Shown here: piece by piece, positions 19,414 through 27,617 of the stretch
Numbering within the stretch: position 1 is the first letter of the stretch
How the letters are laid out: each line of letters begins with the position of its first letter
From: an uncultured Cellvibrionaceae bacterium
GTDB taxonomy: Bacteria > Pseudomonadota > Gammaproteobacteria > Pseudomonadales > Cellvibrionaceae
Length of the DNA stretch: 64,000 nt
Direction: 5' to 3'
NCBI GenBank assembly: GCA_964542655.1
Contig: CAZIWB010000010.1
Location: forward strand, 137,533-201,532
The notes under the pieces: generated by a model
The model's database searches: none
What the model was told of the DNA's origin: nothing
What the model saw: only the letters and a program-made list of their open reading frames with translations
Program-made: the position numbers and the translations under genes

Positions 19414-19918
19414 TTAATAATTCCAATACTTCTTCGTCTGTCATCTCATCCAAATCCTTAGGGGATTGAAATCCTTTACCAACGGTACGTACAAGCTTAG
19501 CGCCTGCATCATCTGCATCGCCAACGGCAACAACATTAAATTGCTGCCTCATGACTTTAAACCAGCTTTTAAAGCGCTTTGGGGATGATGTCAGGACCGC
19601 TACGGCATTAAACCCTAGACGATGCAGGACAGCCGCTTTGAATACACCCTCAACTACGTAAAGGTCTTTCTTGGAATAATCCAAAAGCTCTAGCCCAAAA
19701 CACCCATCAACACCGGATGGCAGATACGTGAAGTACCTAGCTGATTTGGGGTTATTCTGTTTCTTGGCTGTCTTTAATGGCTTATACTGCTGATACCCCA
19801 CGAGTTGCCCCGATAGATTCCAAAGATAGAATGTTACAACGTTTCCCGAATATGATTTCGAATAGTTGTAAAGATCAGGATTCATCCCGCGATCTTTTAA
19901 ATGCTTAACCAGTTTCAT
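19400..19918 (-). CDS. TOPRIM-domain protein (primase-like fragment)
   Basis: VVEGVFKAAVLHRLGFNAVAV and VAVGDADDAGAKL match the Toprim E...DxD signature. Confidence 0.4.
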   Translation of the reverse strand: MKLVKHLKDRGMNPDLYNYSKSYSGNVVTFYLWNLSGQLVGYQQYKPLKTAKKQNNPKSARYFTYLPSGVDGCFGLELLDYSKKDLYVVEGVFKAAVLHRLGFNAVAVLTSSPKRFKSWFKVMRQQFNVVAVGDADDAGAKLVRTVGKGFQSPKDLDEMTDEEVLELLNEMP

Positions 19919-20114
19919 TTTTAAATCCTTCTCTTAGATAGATGGCACGGTATTTTCAATTGCACCACTTCTCTTTCGCTATAGATCATAGCAATTCACT
20001 ACACTTCTAAGAGAAGAAAATTAAATTACTTTTTGTTGAAAATATAGATGATACACGCTGCCCATGCGACGATAAGAAATCCTGTTAGGATACCAAAGGT
20101 GAAATAATCAGATG

Positions 20115-20432
20115 TCATAGGTTTTCCTCAATATAAACAGCAATGGTATCAAATTGATTACCACCAATATCATTCATTTTAATAAGGATTTCAGCTTCGC
20201 TTGGTACCAACCCATACTTACGAAGTAAAGTTAGTGGCAAATATCCTTCATAGAAATATACAGTATTTCCAAATACACCGCAACGGCCATCACTTGTTTC
20301 TAGATCACCATTGATATGCGCTAGTACACCAAGGCAGCAATATTTACCATCCCTACAAAGATACCCAATTCCTTGTTCATAGTCGCCAGAACGAAGGGCT
20401 TCTACCCATTTTGTTTTGATTTCTTTATCCAT
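20115..20432 (-). CDS. Hypothetical protein
   Basis: 105 aa ORF. Confidence 0.4.
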   Translation of the reverse strand: MDKEIKTKWVEALRSGDYEQGIGYLCRDGKYCCLGVLAHINGDLETSDGRCGVFGNTVYFYEGYLPLTLLRKYGLVPSEAEILIKMNDIGGNQFDTIAVYIEENL

Positions 20433-20787
20433 GGGAGTTAATCAATTCCTTCTGTTCTTCAAAGGCAGCAAGAATAGCTGCATCCATGATAGGCTCTACA
20501 ATAGCGAATACCTTATTAATTTCTTCCTCTTGGAAAGAAACGGCATACCGGCGCATGTGCCAGAAAACATCACTACCAAAGTAGCTAATGACAGCCTTAC
20601 GGATTCCAACGTCACCAGAAACACCATCATTGAACATGCGATAATACGTGTTGTTCATCTTACGAAGGCGTTCCAGCTTGGCATTCTCAACACCCCTTAT
20701 GCGGCCATCATGTTTAGCGATTTCAGCATACAGGAGAGGAAGCTTGTCTTCATGATTTCCGTTATTGTTCCAATAAGCGTTGGTCAT
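20425..20787 (-). CDS. Hypothetical protein
   Basis: 120 aa ORF. Confidence 0.4.
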   Translation of the reverse strand: MTNAYWNNNGNHEDKLPLLYAEIAKHDGRIRGVENAKLERLRKMNNTYYRMFNDGVSGDVGIRKAVISYFGSDVFWHMRRYAVSFQEEEINKVFAIVEPIMDAAILAAFEEQKELINSHG

Positions 20788-20952
20788 ATCAAATTCCTTT
20801 AATCTGTCTATGACTATCTTATCTCACATAATAGAATTGGCGTCAATTATTATTTTAGACAAAATGAAATAGGTCACTACAGAAATAGTAATTCCTATAG
20901 CCATACCCCATTTCATCCCGCGATGAAACCCATCTAAATATCTTTCTTTCAT

Positions 20953-21147
20953 TTAATCATACCACCAAAAGGAAGAATGAAAGAAATAGTTAGTCCAAAC
21001 ACGAAAATATAGAACGTGGAAAATCTTTGTTCCAGTTCCATCGTGTCGCCAATCTTCAGACCACCCAATAAACTTACGGGGTGGTAGTTCATATCCAGCG
21101 GATGCTTCTTTTGGTGTTAGGCTCATGCGATGTGACCTTTCGGGCAT
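20953..21147 (-). CDS. Small hydrophobic protein
   Basis: 64 aa with an aromatic-rich C-terminal TM segment. Confidence 0.3.
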   Translation of the reverse strand: MPERSHRMSLTPKEASAGYELPPRKFIGWSEDWRHDGTGTKIFHVLYFRVWTNYFFHSSFWWYD

Positions 21148-21377
21148 ACCCGGAAATATTCAAAATCGGATTCAGTTGCTGGCTTCAGGTTATCACTAGG
21201 CATGATGATCACATATCCATTTTCCCAATCATATCCACCGTGTTGCGGCTTACCAGCCAGAACGCCAAAATACTCTGGCTGTTCATCAATCACATAACCA
21301 AGCGTGTGACCATCCATGACATAATATTTCGTCATATCAATTTCCCTTAAGTTTGTTTTTCCAAAAGTCGCGTTCAC
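21123..21377 (-). CDS. Hypothetical protein
   Basis: 84 aa ORF. Confidence 0.35.
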   Translation of the reverse strand: MNATFGKTNLREIDMTKYYVMDGHTLGYVIDEQPEYFGVLAGKPQHGGYDWENGYVIIMPSDNLKPATESDFEYFRVCPKGHIA

Positions 21378-21537
21378 CGCGTAACATCTGGCCTACATCA
21401 GAAGATGCCGAAAATTGTTTGATTGTGGAATTAAGGTTGGCAATTTCTTCATGTGCAAACTGCATACCATTCTTTTTGAATGATTCGCGACCTTCCTTAA
21501 TTCCCATCAAATATGCATCTGTGTACTGGTTAGTCAT
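21337..21537 (-). CDS. Hypothetical protein
   Basis: 66 aa ORF. Confidence 0.3.
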   Translation of the reverse strand: MTNQYTDAYLMGIKEGRESFKKNGMQFAHEEIANLNSTIKQFSASSDVGQMLRGERDFWKNKLKGN

Positions 21538-21764
21538 TATATACTAATCCGAATAGGAGATGCGAAGATATTTTTATGCCCAATAGCTTTTAGCTTCTTC
21601 ACTAGGCGCAATGCGCTCTTACGTGTACGAAGCCTTTGCGTGTAGTTGATTGGCTTACTGTGCTCGTTTCCGTTGAAATAACGAATCTCATATCTAACTA
21701 CCGTTTTCATAATCAATTCCCTTCCGTCTTGATGGTTGACGTATAATTGATTCGTGAATTTAAG

Positions 21765-21995
21765 TCAAATTAATTCTACTCGCCAATACCCGCGCCGCTT
21801 ACTAGCTTTGAATGCGCTTTCATCTTTATTCTTAATGGCATCATTAACGCGACGAATATCTGCAATATCACGACCAAAGCTAACATCTTGCCATTTGCTC
21901 TGCGCGAAACATTTATTAACAATAACATGAAAAATTGCCTGTTCAGCAGTTTCATATACTTGATGGCGGCTAAGAGGCTTTACATTGATGTGCAT
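21765..21995 (-). CDS. Hypothetical protein driven by repeated promoter/leader cassette 1
   Basis: The ATG is immediately preceded by the conserved 30-nt leader ...GAAGGGAATTAAAC. Confidence 0.5.
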   Translation of the reverse strand: MHINVKPLSRHQVYETAEQAIFHVIVNKCFAQSKWQDVSFGRDIADIRRVNDAIKNKDESAFKASKRRGYWRVELI

Positions 21996-22054
21996 GTTTA
22001 ATTCCCTTCGTGTCTTGTTGATCTACGTATAAGAGATTTAAATTATCATGTCAA
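21996..22054 (-). promoter_or_regulatory. Repeated sigma70-like promoter (TTGACA-17-TATACG) plus a conserved 30-nt leader/RBS, copy 1
   Basis: Minus-strand reading: TTGACATGATAATTTAAATCTCTTATACGTAGATCAACAAGACACGAAGGGAATTAAAC-ATG. Confidence 0.6.
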
Positions 22055-22078
22055 GAATTAATTTTGCCTTTAATTCCC

Positions 22079-22351
22079 TTAGCGGTAGTAAGCCGCACCA
22101 TAGGCCGAAACCTGCGAAGCGCCATTAGCGATGTTGCCACGAACGCCCTTAGCAGGGGTTGCCCAACTAGCAGACTTCAGGATGTTGCCCGTTGCGTTTT
22201 CAACGAAGCAAAAAACCGAGCGATAGTTACCTGCATGGTTTTCTACGATGCGGGTATACTTGCGGCCCTTCATGACCGAGATAACAAGGTTACGGCCAGC
22301 TTGATCAACCTTGGCCTGTACTTCGTTTACAAAGTTCTGAATGTCGGTCAT
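22079..22351 (-). CDS. Hypothetical protein
   Basis: 90 aa ORF preceded by a diverged copy of the cassette. Confidence 0.45.
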   Translation of the reverse strand: MTDIQNFVNEVQAKVDQAGRNLVISVMKGRKYTRIVENHAGNYRSVFCFVENATGNILKSASWATPAKGVRGNIANGASQVSAYGAAYYR

Positions 22352-22418
22352 GATTTAATTCCTTGTTTGTGTCTCTCTATGATTTGGTTATATGGTAATA
22401 CCAAATCCAAGTCAACAT
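22352..22418 (-). promoter_or_regulatory. Diverged copy of the promoter/leader cassette (TTGACT-17-TATAAC, leader ending AAGGAATTAAATC)
   Basis: Minus strand: TTGACTTGGATTTGGTATTACCATATAACCAAATCATAGAGAGACACAAACAAGGAATTAAATC-ATG. Confidence 0.45.
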
Positions 22419-22446
22419 TTATTTTTCAAAAAAGAAAAAATATCCA

Positions 22447-22638
22447 TTAAAAAGACTGTCCCTTAAGAACGCGCTTTTTGTGTGCCATAATGCGCTTGCC
22501 CAAATCAAGAGCAATGAAAGTGCGCGGCTGGCCCATCTCACGAACTTCTACCAGAAGAGTACCATCAACAGCGCTAGGAAAGAACCCCTTGCAATCGTTA
22601 CCGTAAAAATCAGAAATCAGCTTGCGAAGACCAGTCAT
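22447..22638 (-). CDS. Hypothetical protein, cassette copy 2
   Basis: 63 aa ORF directly after the leader. Confidence 0.45.
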   Translation of the reverse strand: MTGLRKLISDFYGNDCKGFFPSAVDGTLLVEVREMGQPRTFIALDLGKRIMAHKKRVLKGQSF

Positions 22639-22686
22639 ATTTAATTCCCTTCGTGTCTTGTTGATCTACGTATAATAGATTCATTT
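22639..22686 (-). promoter_or_regulatory. Promoter/leader cassette copy 2 (TTGACC-17-TATACG)
   Basis: Leader identical to copy 1 except for the last base. Confidence 0.6.
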
Positions 22687-22801
22687 GATTCGGTCAAGAA
22701 TTATTTTCAAATATTTTTCGCGCCCATGTAAACCATAGCAACACTAGCGACAAGAAAAGCTACACCAACCATATTAATTCCCCTTGAAATATTATGTCAA
22801 A

Positions 22802-23032
22802 TTAACATTCGACATTAATGTCAAGGCGGAAAAAGAAAGTGCCAAGGTTCTTAGAGAAATCATGCTTGGCGCGGTCCATAGAACCAGCGTAATACTTCAG
22901 AAGACGAAGCGTAGCAATTTCACTGCCATAGGCATAAACACAGCCACTAAGATGTTCGATGGTAAGTTCTTCACCGGCTTCCTTGGACCATGCTTGACCG
23001 AGAAGCTTCAGTTGGTTTGCGGTGATTTCCAT
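22802..23032 (-). CDS. Hypothetical protein, cassette copy 3
   Basis: 76 aa ORF directly after the leader. Confidence 0.45.
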   Translation of the reverse strand: MEITANQLKLLGQAWSKEAGEELTIEHLSGCVYAYGSEIATLRLLKYYAGSMDRAKHDFSKNLGTFFFRLDINVEC

Positions 23033-23092
23033 ATTTAATTCCCTTCGTGTCTTGTTGATCTACGTATAAGGGAATTAAATCATCCTGTCAAA
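23033..23092 (-). promoter_or_regulatory. Promoter/leader cassette copy 3 (TTGACA-17-TATACG)
   Basis: The spacer contains GGATGATTTAATTCCC; same leader. Confidence 0.6.
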
Positions 23093-23100
23093 TATTATTT

Positions 23101-23295
23101 TCATTTTTTTCTTAGATATCGTGCCTTGCGAGTGCACCGCCTAAAAGCACTTTCCAAAAGAGAAAGAACAGGGCGATAGTTACCAACCCGCTCTAACCCC
23201 ATCATCTCATACCAATAATGATTAGCCGCAGCCTGCCATTCTTTTGCTGTCCATGATGTCTCTGGACCTTTAGGATATGGGAAGGGATGTGACAT
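23101..23295 (-). CDS. Hypothetical protein (internal Met start)
   Basis: The track ORF 23101..23451 overlaps the cassette-4 gene; Met at 23295 follows that gene's stop. Confidence 0.3.
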   Translation of the reverse strand: MSHPFPYPKGPETSWTAKEWQAAANHYWYEMMGLERVGNYRPVLSLLESAFRRCTRKARYLRKK

Positions 23296-23296
23296 A

Positions 23297-23695
23297 TTAA
23301 TATCCTTCAGGCTGGATTGTGACACCCGGAACAGTCCAACCATTCCAGAAAATGCTAAGCGGCATTTTATTACCAGTATCAGAATAAACACCAAAGCGAA
23401 TCCCAAAGCGATAATCAAACATAGGCTTAATGGTTTCCATAGTGGCACCACCCTTAATTGCTTCCAGAACGGCAGGAACGATATCTTGACAACGCTGGAT
23501 CATCTGTGCCTTTTCAGTGATTACTTTGGTGTTAGAGGCAGACTTGCGGCCATATACAGCCTTACCAGCACAATCGCGACCATAATAAACCACACCACCA
23601 GCTTCATCTTCAAGAGCTACAGTGCACTTCAGGTTCTTCTTACCGCAGCAATCGCAATTGGTGATTTCATCAGTGATACCAAGAATCTTGAACAT
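23297..23695 (-). CDS. Hypothetical Cys-rich protein, cassette copy 4
   Basis: 132 aa; CDCCGKKNLKC...C...DC gives multiple Cys pairs. Confidence 0.5.
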   Translation of the reverse strand: MFKILGITDEITNCDCCGKKNLKCTVALEDEAGGVVYYGRDCAGKAVYGRKSASNTKVITEKAQMIQRCQDIVPAVLEAIKGGATMETIKPMFDYRFGIRFGVYSDTGNKMPLSIFWNGWTVPGVTIQPEGY

Positions 23696-23752
23696 ATTTA
23701 ATTCCCTTCGTGTCTTGTTGATCTACGTATAAGGGATTTAAATGATTCGGTC
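23696..23752 (-). promoter_or_regulatory. Promoter/leader cassette copy 4 (TTGACC-17-TATACG)
   Basis: The spacer has the palindrome GGGATTTAAATCCC. Confidence 0.6.
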
Positions 23753-23938
23753 AAGAATTATTTTTCAAAAATAAAAATTAATTACCGAAATCATATGAGG
23801 GAGTGTTTTCAAAAATAGGCAACGAACCGTTAGATGTTGCTGCCTGAAATTGTCCCCACGAAACAGACGTATTGGTATCTACCCATACGCGCCCGTTTAA
23901 GTGGAGGAAACAAATCCCATGAAAGAAAATCAACATGA

Positions 23939-24121
23939 TCAAGCCGCCTTGACAATGCGATTCAACTCGCGCGGATCGAAGTATGAAGTCTTATCAAACT
24001 TCACGCAAAATTCGGTATCCTTGAGGCGTACAAGATGTCCAATCGCGGCATCTTCAGAAAGGCCACCATCAACCAGAATGGCCATTGCTTTGTGGGGAGC
24101 GAAAAACATTGTGTCGGTCAT
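23939..24121 (-). CDS. Hypothetical protein, cassette copy 5
   Basis: 60 aa ORF directly after the leader. Confidence 0.4.
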   Translation of the reverse strand: MTDTMFFAPHKAMAILVDGGLSEDAAIGHLVRLKDTEFCVKFDKTSYFDPRELNRIVKAA

Positions 24122-24179
24122 ATTTAATTCCCTTCTGTCTTGTTGATCTACGTATAAGGGATTTAAATCATCCTGTCAA
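24122..24179 (-). promoter_or_regulatory. Promoter/leader cassette copy 5 (TTGACA-17-TATACG; leader with a 1-nt deletion)
   Basis: The -35 overlaps the stop codon of the upstream protease gene. Confidence 0.6.
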
Positions 24180-24736
24180 ATATTATTTTTAAATTTATAT
24201 CCATGAATCCACCTTCCAGAATAGGATAGGGAAGCAATAGGCCTGAAATCGCTATCAGTGCTGGATTCAATGATGCTCTTGTTCATGTTATCAAGAATAT
24301 AAAACTTACCATCGATCTTAACAGCCAATACAGCGTGATACTGGTTCATCGATAGAACCTTACCAACCACGATATAAAGATCATTCCTAGAGAAGCCTAG
24401 GCGGGTTAGAATGTGGTATTTCAGGATAGCATAATCTTCACAATCACCTGTAGCAAGTCTTAGGGTTGTGCTAGGTGTTTGCCATGTATCTACAGGTCCA
24501 TCCAGCTTATATGTGACATAGGTATTAACCCAATCATTTACCAGCTTTATCTTTTCCTGTTTGGATAGGTTAGAATGTTTCTTGAAATTAGAAAATTGTT
24601 CAGGGGAATTTTTAGTGCCTTCCCATCTAGCATCGTAGTTTGTCTTTTTGATTTCTATAGGTACAGAATTGTATATAGCCGGGGTGGCATATACTGGTGT
24701 ACTGATAAGGGCTAGTGCTATTAGAAACCTTTTCAT
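24176..24736 (-). CDS. Secreted transglutaminase-like cysteine protease (BTLCP family), paralog 1
   Basis: Signal peptide MKRFLIALALISTPVYA, then the ATGDCEDYAILKY Cys motif, a later His (QYHAVLAV) and Asp (YILD); same family as 29546..30136. Confidence 0.55.
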   Translation of the reverse strand: MKRFLIALALISTPVYATPAIYNSVPIEIKKTNYDARWEGTKNSPEQFSNFKKHSNLSKQEKIKLVNDWVNTYVTYKLDGPVDTWQTPSTTLRLATGDCEDYAILKYHILTRLGFSRNDLYIVVGKVLSMNQYHAVLAVKIDGKFYILDNMNKSIIESSTDSDFRPIASLSYSGRWIHGYKFKNNI

Positions 24737-25004
24737 AATCCTATTTATAAAAAATGGGGTATGAGACATAAGCCCCATACCCCTTAGTTAATTCAATGAA
24801 ATATAAGATAAATGTTATTCAACATTAAACTTAGAGTTAGTGTTGTGTGATAGGACTTTACTACTTTCCTACCTTCAGCGAGGGTTTCCATCGCCAATCG
24901 CATCACAACATACGACGCCCTTATAGGTCTTTACTATTGTCACACACCCAATAGATAGTGTCCATATATCCTTTTAAGCCCCTATATGGAAGGCTAGTAA
25001 ACTT

Positions 25005-25083
25005 GTTGGTTGCGGGAGCGGGATTTGAACCCGCGACCTTCTGCTTATGAGACAGACGAGCTACCGGACTGCTACTACCCCGC
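25005..25083 (-). tRNA. tRNA-Met/Ile2 (CAT)
   Basis: Acceptor TGCGGGG/TCCCGCA, anticodon arm TCTGT-CTCATAA-GCAGA, T-arm GCGGGTTCAAATCCCGC. Confidence 0.7.
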
Positions 25084-25202
25084 AACAAAATGATATTAAA
25101 AGAGAATAGACAATACTTATGGTGATCTAGGAGGATCGATGAAGTATACAAGAAAATGTTGGAATTTTATGTCTATTCTCATTTAATACCACTTTCGTAG
25201 TA

Positions 25203-25454
25203 TTATTCTTTTATTATCCATTCATCTGGAAATACATTAATATGAATGGCATATCTAAGGTAATTGGATACATTAAGCGATGTATCCTTAGCTTCGTATA
25301 TTACGAGTGCCATAGGTTCAAACGTATTTTGATTTACGTATCTCTCCATGATAAGCGGACTACTAATATCACCCTTAATGATATTCTTTATGTTTTCAAT
25401 TTCTTCAACCGAAGAAATTAATCTGTATGTGTTTTCAATTGTAATGTTATTCAT
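25203..25454 (-). CDS. Hypothetical protein
   Basis: 83 aa ORF. Confidence 0.4.
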   Translation of the reverse strand: MNNITIENTYRLISSVEEIENIKNIIKGDISSPLIMERYVNQNTFEPMALVIYEAKDTSLNVSNYLRYAIHINVFPDEWIIKE

Positions 25455-25889
25455 TATGTTATTCCTATTGTATTTATAAGCGTGAGATTACCGCTTTCTA
25501 TAGGTGCCTTTGAACCGTACCGATTGCCTTGCGAGCATCGTTAATCCTTTATCCACTAATCCCTAAGCCTCTTTGGAAGGCTATCATTGGTAACTAGTAT
25601 AACCTAGTGCTGCCGTTTTTGAAGTCTGGCGTTTGACTTGTCATATACTGCTACTCATCCGTCAATCCTACGTCCACTTTTTAGGGCGATTAAGATTCCG
25701 CTAAGAATCACCGTTATCTTTTCGAATAATCCCTTCAGCCTTGCGAGCATCCGAGAACCACGTTACCTTGCGGCCATGGTATTAAGCACCTTTAACAGTA
25801 TACCGGAACAGACTTTGCGTTTTGATGTGTAAATTGTTTTTAGATAACAATCGCGTCTACCGTTCCGCCACTCCCCCATAAATTTTTAA

Positions 25890-26403
25890 TGGTGGGGGAG
25901 GCAGGATTTGAACCTGCAAATCTGTGTAACCTACCTAGAAGTGCTGTTCCTGTTGCTCCCTTCTCTTTCGAAAAAGGAATACCACACTCCTACTGTCTTT
26001 CGTCTTGCGAACTACTAAACCATTCTTCACGACTTAGGGCACTTAGTGCACCCCTTACCATTTGAATTGCTATCTTGCCTTTTTGCGCGAACAATCAGAC
26101 TCAATAACTACCTATTAACTGTCAGCAATCGTAATATTGGCTTGCGATGACGAAAGCGCCAACTCTCTTAGATACTCACCGATCTAGCTCTGTACCCTAT
26201 CCTTTCGGATCATCACTATTACTTACTACCTATCTCCATTCTACAGAAGACCCTTTCGGGTAGTCTTAGGCTTTTATAGACGGATTGTTATGAGCGAACC
26301 CATAACAACAGGGTATTGTAGGAATATCCCTTTTTCAATGTATTACTACATTTTATCCTAGATTTCGGTAGCAAGCTACCTAGTCAGGGGACTATACTCC
26401 CCT
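25890..26403 (-). ncRNA. Candidate structured RNA (~510 nt) with a tRNA-like 3' end; tmRNA-like, intron-containing tRNA or phage stable RNA
   Basis: ORF-free on both strands. The 3' end has a T-arm GCAGGTTCAAATCCTGC followed by CTCCCCC-A-CCA, which can pair with a 5' AGGGGAG at 26397-26403. There are several GAAA-tetraloop hairpins (ACCCGAAAGGGT, ATCCGAAAGGAT). A hairpin CTCCCCCA/TGGGGGAG lies just beyond the 3' end. Confidence 0.3.
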
Positions 26404-26485
26404 ATTTAACTCTTTTGTTGCTGTCATTATATAGTCTTTTATATCCTATGTCAACAACTATTTTTCAATATTCTGCAATTTATTT

Positions 26486-26562
26486 TGGTAGACGTGGGAG
26501 GAATTGAACCCTCAACCTTGCGATTAAGAATCGCCTGCTCTAACCTATTGAGCTACACGTCC
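26486..26562 (-). tRNA. tRNA, probable Lys (CTT)
   Basis: Acceptor GGACGTG/CACGTCT, D-arm GCTCAATAGGTTAGAGC, loop TTCTTAA, T-arm GAGGGTTCAATTCCTCC. Confidence 0.55.
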
Positions 26563-26571
26563 AAATAATTC

Positions 26572-26646
26572 TGGTGAACCATCTTGGATTCGAACCAAGG
26601 ATCGCGGATTAAAAGCCCGCTGCTTTAGGCCTACTAAGCTAATGGT
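26572..26646 (-). tRNA. tRNA-Lys (TTT)
   Basis: Anticodon arm GCGGG-CTTTTAA-TCCGC, T-arm CTTGGTTCGAATCCAAG. Confidence 0.8.
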
Positions 26647-26981
26647 CCAGTTTCAATCTATATAAACGAAGTGAAATCTAATGTCAACCAAAAGTTTCTT
26701 CTTCGTATATTATTTTCAGTCTATTCCGTTACCAAAGTATTTCATATTGGTATAGCTTATGCCAGTATCGATATTTCATAATACATTGCGGGTCACTTCT
26801 CTTGTGTGCTTTCCGCTTCCATTTCCTGTAGCGGTGATACATATAAGCGTTTCTCATCATGAAACCTTTCAACTAACAAATCAATTCCACTGAAACATTC
26901 TTCAAATGGCTTTACTTGTTTTCCTAACTTGCTGTCTGGATATCTTAAAATATTATCCATCAATAATTCCTTTAATAAAAA

Positions 26982-27057
26982 TGGAGCCGGATATCGGATT
27001 CGAACCGATGACCTACCGCTTACAAGGCGGTTGCTCTAGCCACTGAGCTAATCCGGC
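26982..27057 (-). tRNA. tRNA-Thr (TGT)
   Basis: Acceptor GCCGGAT/ATCCGGC, anticodon arm ACCGC-CTTGTAA-GCGGT, T-arm ATCGGTTCGAATCCGAT. Confidence 0.85.
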
Positions 27058-27064
27058 ATTTCTA

Positions 27065-27358
27065 TTAATCTAACACATCGCCATGTTTACTGTCAAGCAA
27101 TGTATCTTCAATCTTCCAACGAATTACATTATATCCGTTTTCAGTAAGGGTATTTATCGTCTCCGAAAGATCGCCTTTGAAATCTTCTAGGGCGGTCCCT
27201 CTAGCAGAACAGAACCACTTACCATGATAATTATCTACCTGATCTTCGTCAAACTTTGAGCAACGATAGGAAGACGGAACAGTTTCAATGAAATGTTGCC
27301 AATCATCACCAGCATCTACCGTGATATGTGCTTCATAATAAAGCCTTGCGTCACTCAT
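27065..27358 (-). CDS. Hypothetical protein
   Basis: 97 aa ORF. Confidence 0.4.
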   Translation of the reverse strand: MSDARLYYEAHITVDAGDDWQHFIETVPSSYRCSKFDEDQVDNYHGKWFCSARGTALEDFKGDLSETINTLTENGYNVIRWKIEDTLLDSKHGDVLD

Positions 27359-27364
27359 AATATA

Positions 27365-27613
27365 TTACTCTTTAACTGGATATACAATTTCAGCTTCGGT
27401 GAAGTCATAGCACCCACAACCATCTTCTTCTGGATCAAATCTATCCAAAGATGAACATGAAAGTATCACTGTGTTTTCTGGCTTGTTATAGATGATAATC
27501 CCATAACCATCATCAAAATCAGTGCCACCACAGAAAGAATCATATGCGACATGAACATATGTATCTTTTGAAAGAGTGCTTAACACATCAATTAAATTAC
27601 CTACTGTCAACAT
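27365..27613 (-). CDS. Hypothetical protein
   Basis: 82 aa ORF. Confidence 0.4.
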   Translation of the reverse strand: MLTVGNLIDVLSTLSKDTYVHVAYDSFCGGTDFDDGYGIIIYNKPENTVILSCSSLDRFDPEEDGCGCYDFTEAEIVYPVKE

Positions 27614-27617
27614 AATT

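Noticed and set aside
22784-23038. 84 aa plus-strand ORF
   Set aside because: It is antisense to the cassette-driven minus-strand gene 22802..23032 and to the conserved leader; only the minus-strand gene has promoter and RBS support.
21996-24179. Possibility that the five 58-nt repeats form a CRISPR array
   Set aside because: The intervening segments are 190-400 nt coding genes of different lengths, each starting at a fixed distance from the repeat. The repeats carry promoter and RBS features. This is not a CRISPR architecture.
24921-25151. 76 aa minus-strand ORF
   Set aside because: It overlaps tRNA-Met (25005..25083) entirely and reads through its acceptor and T arms, so it is a spurious ORF.
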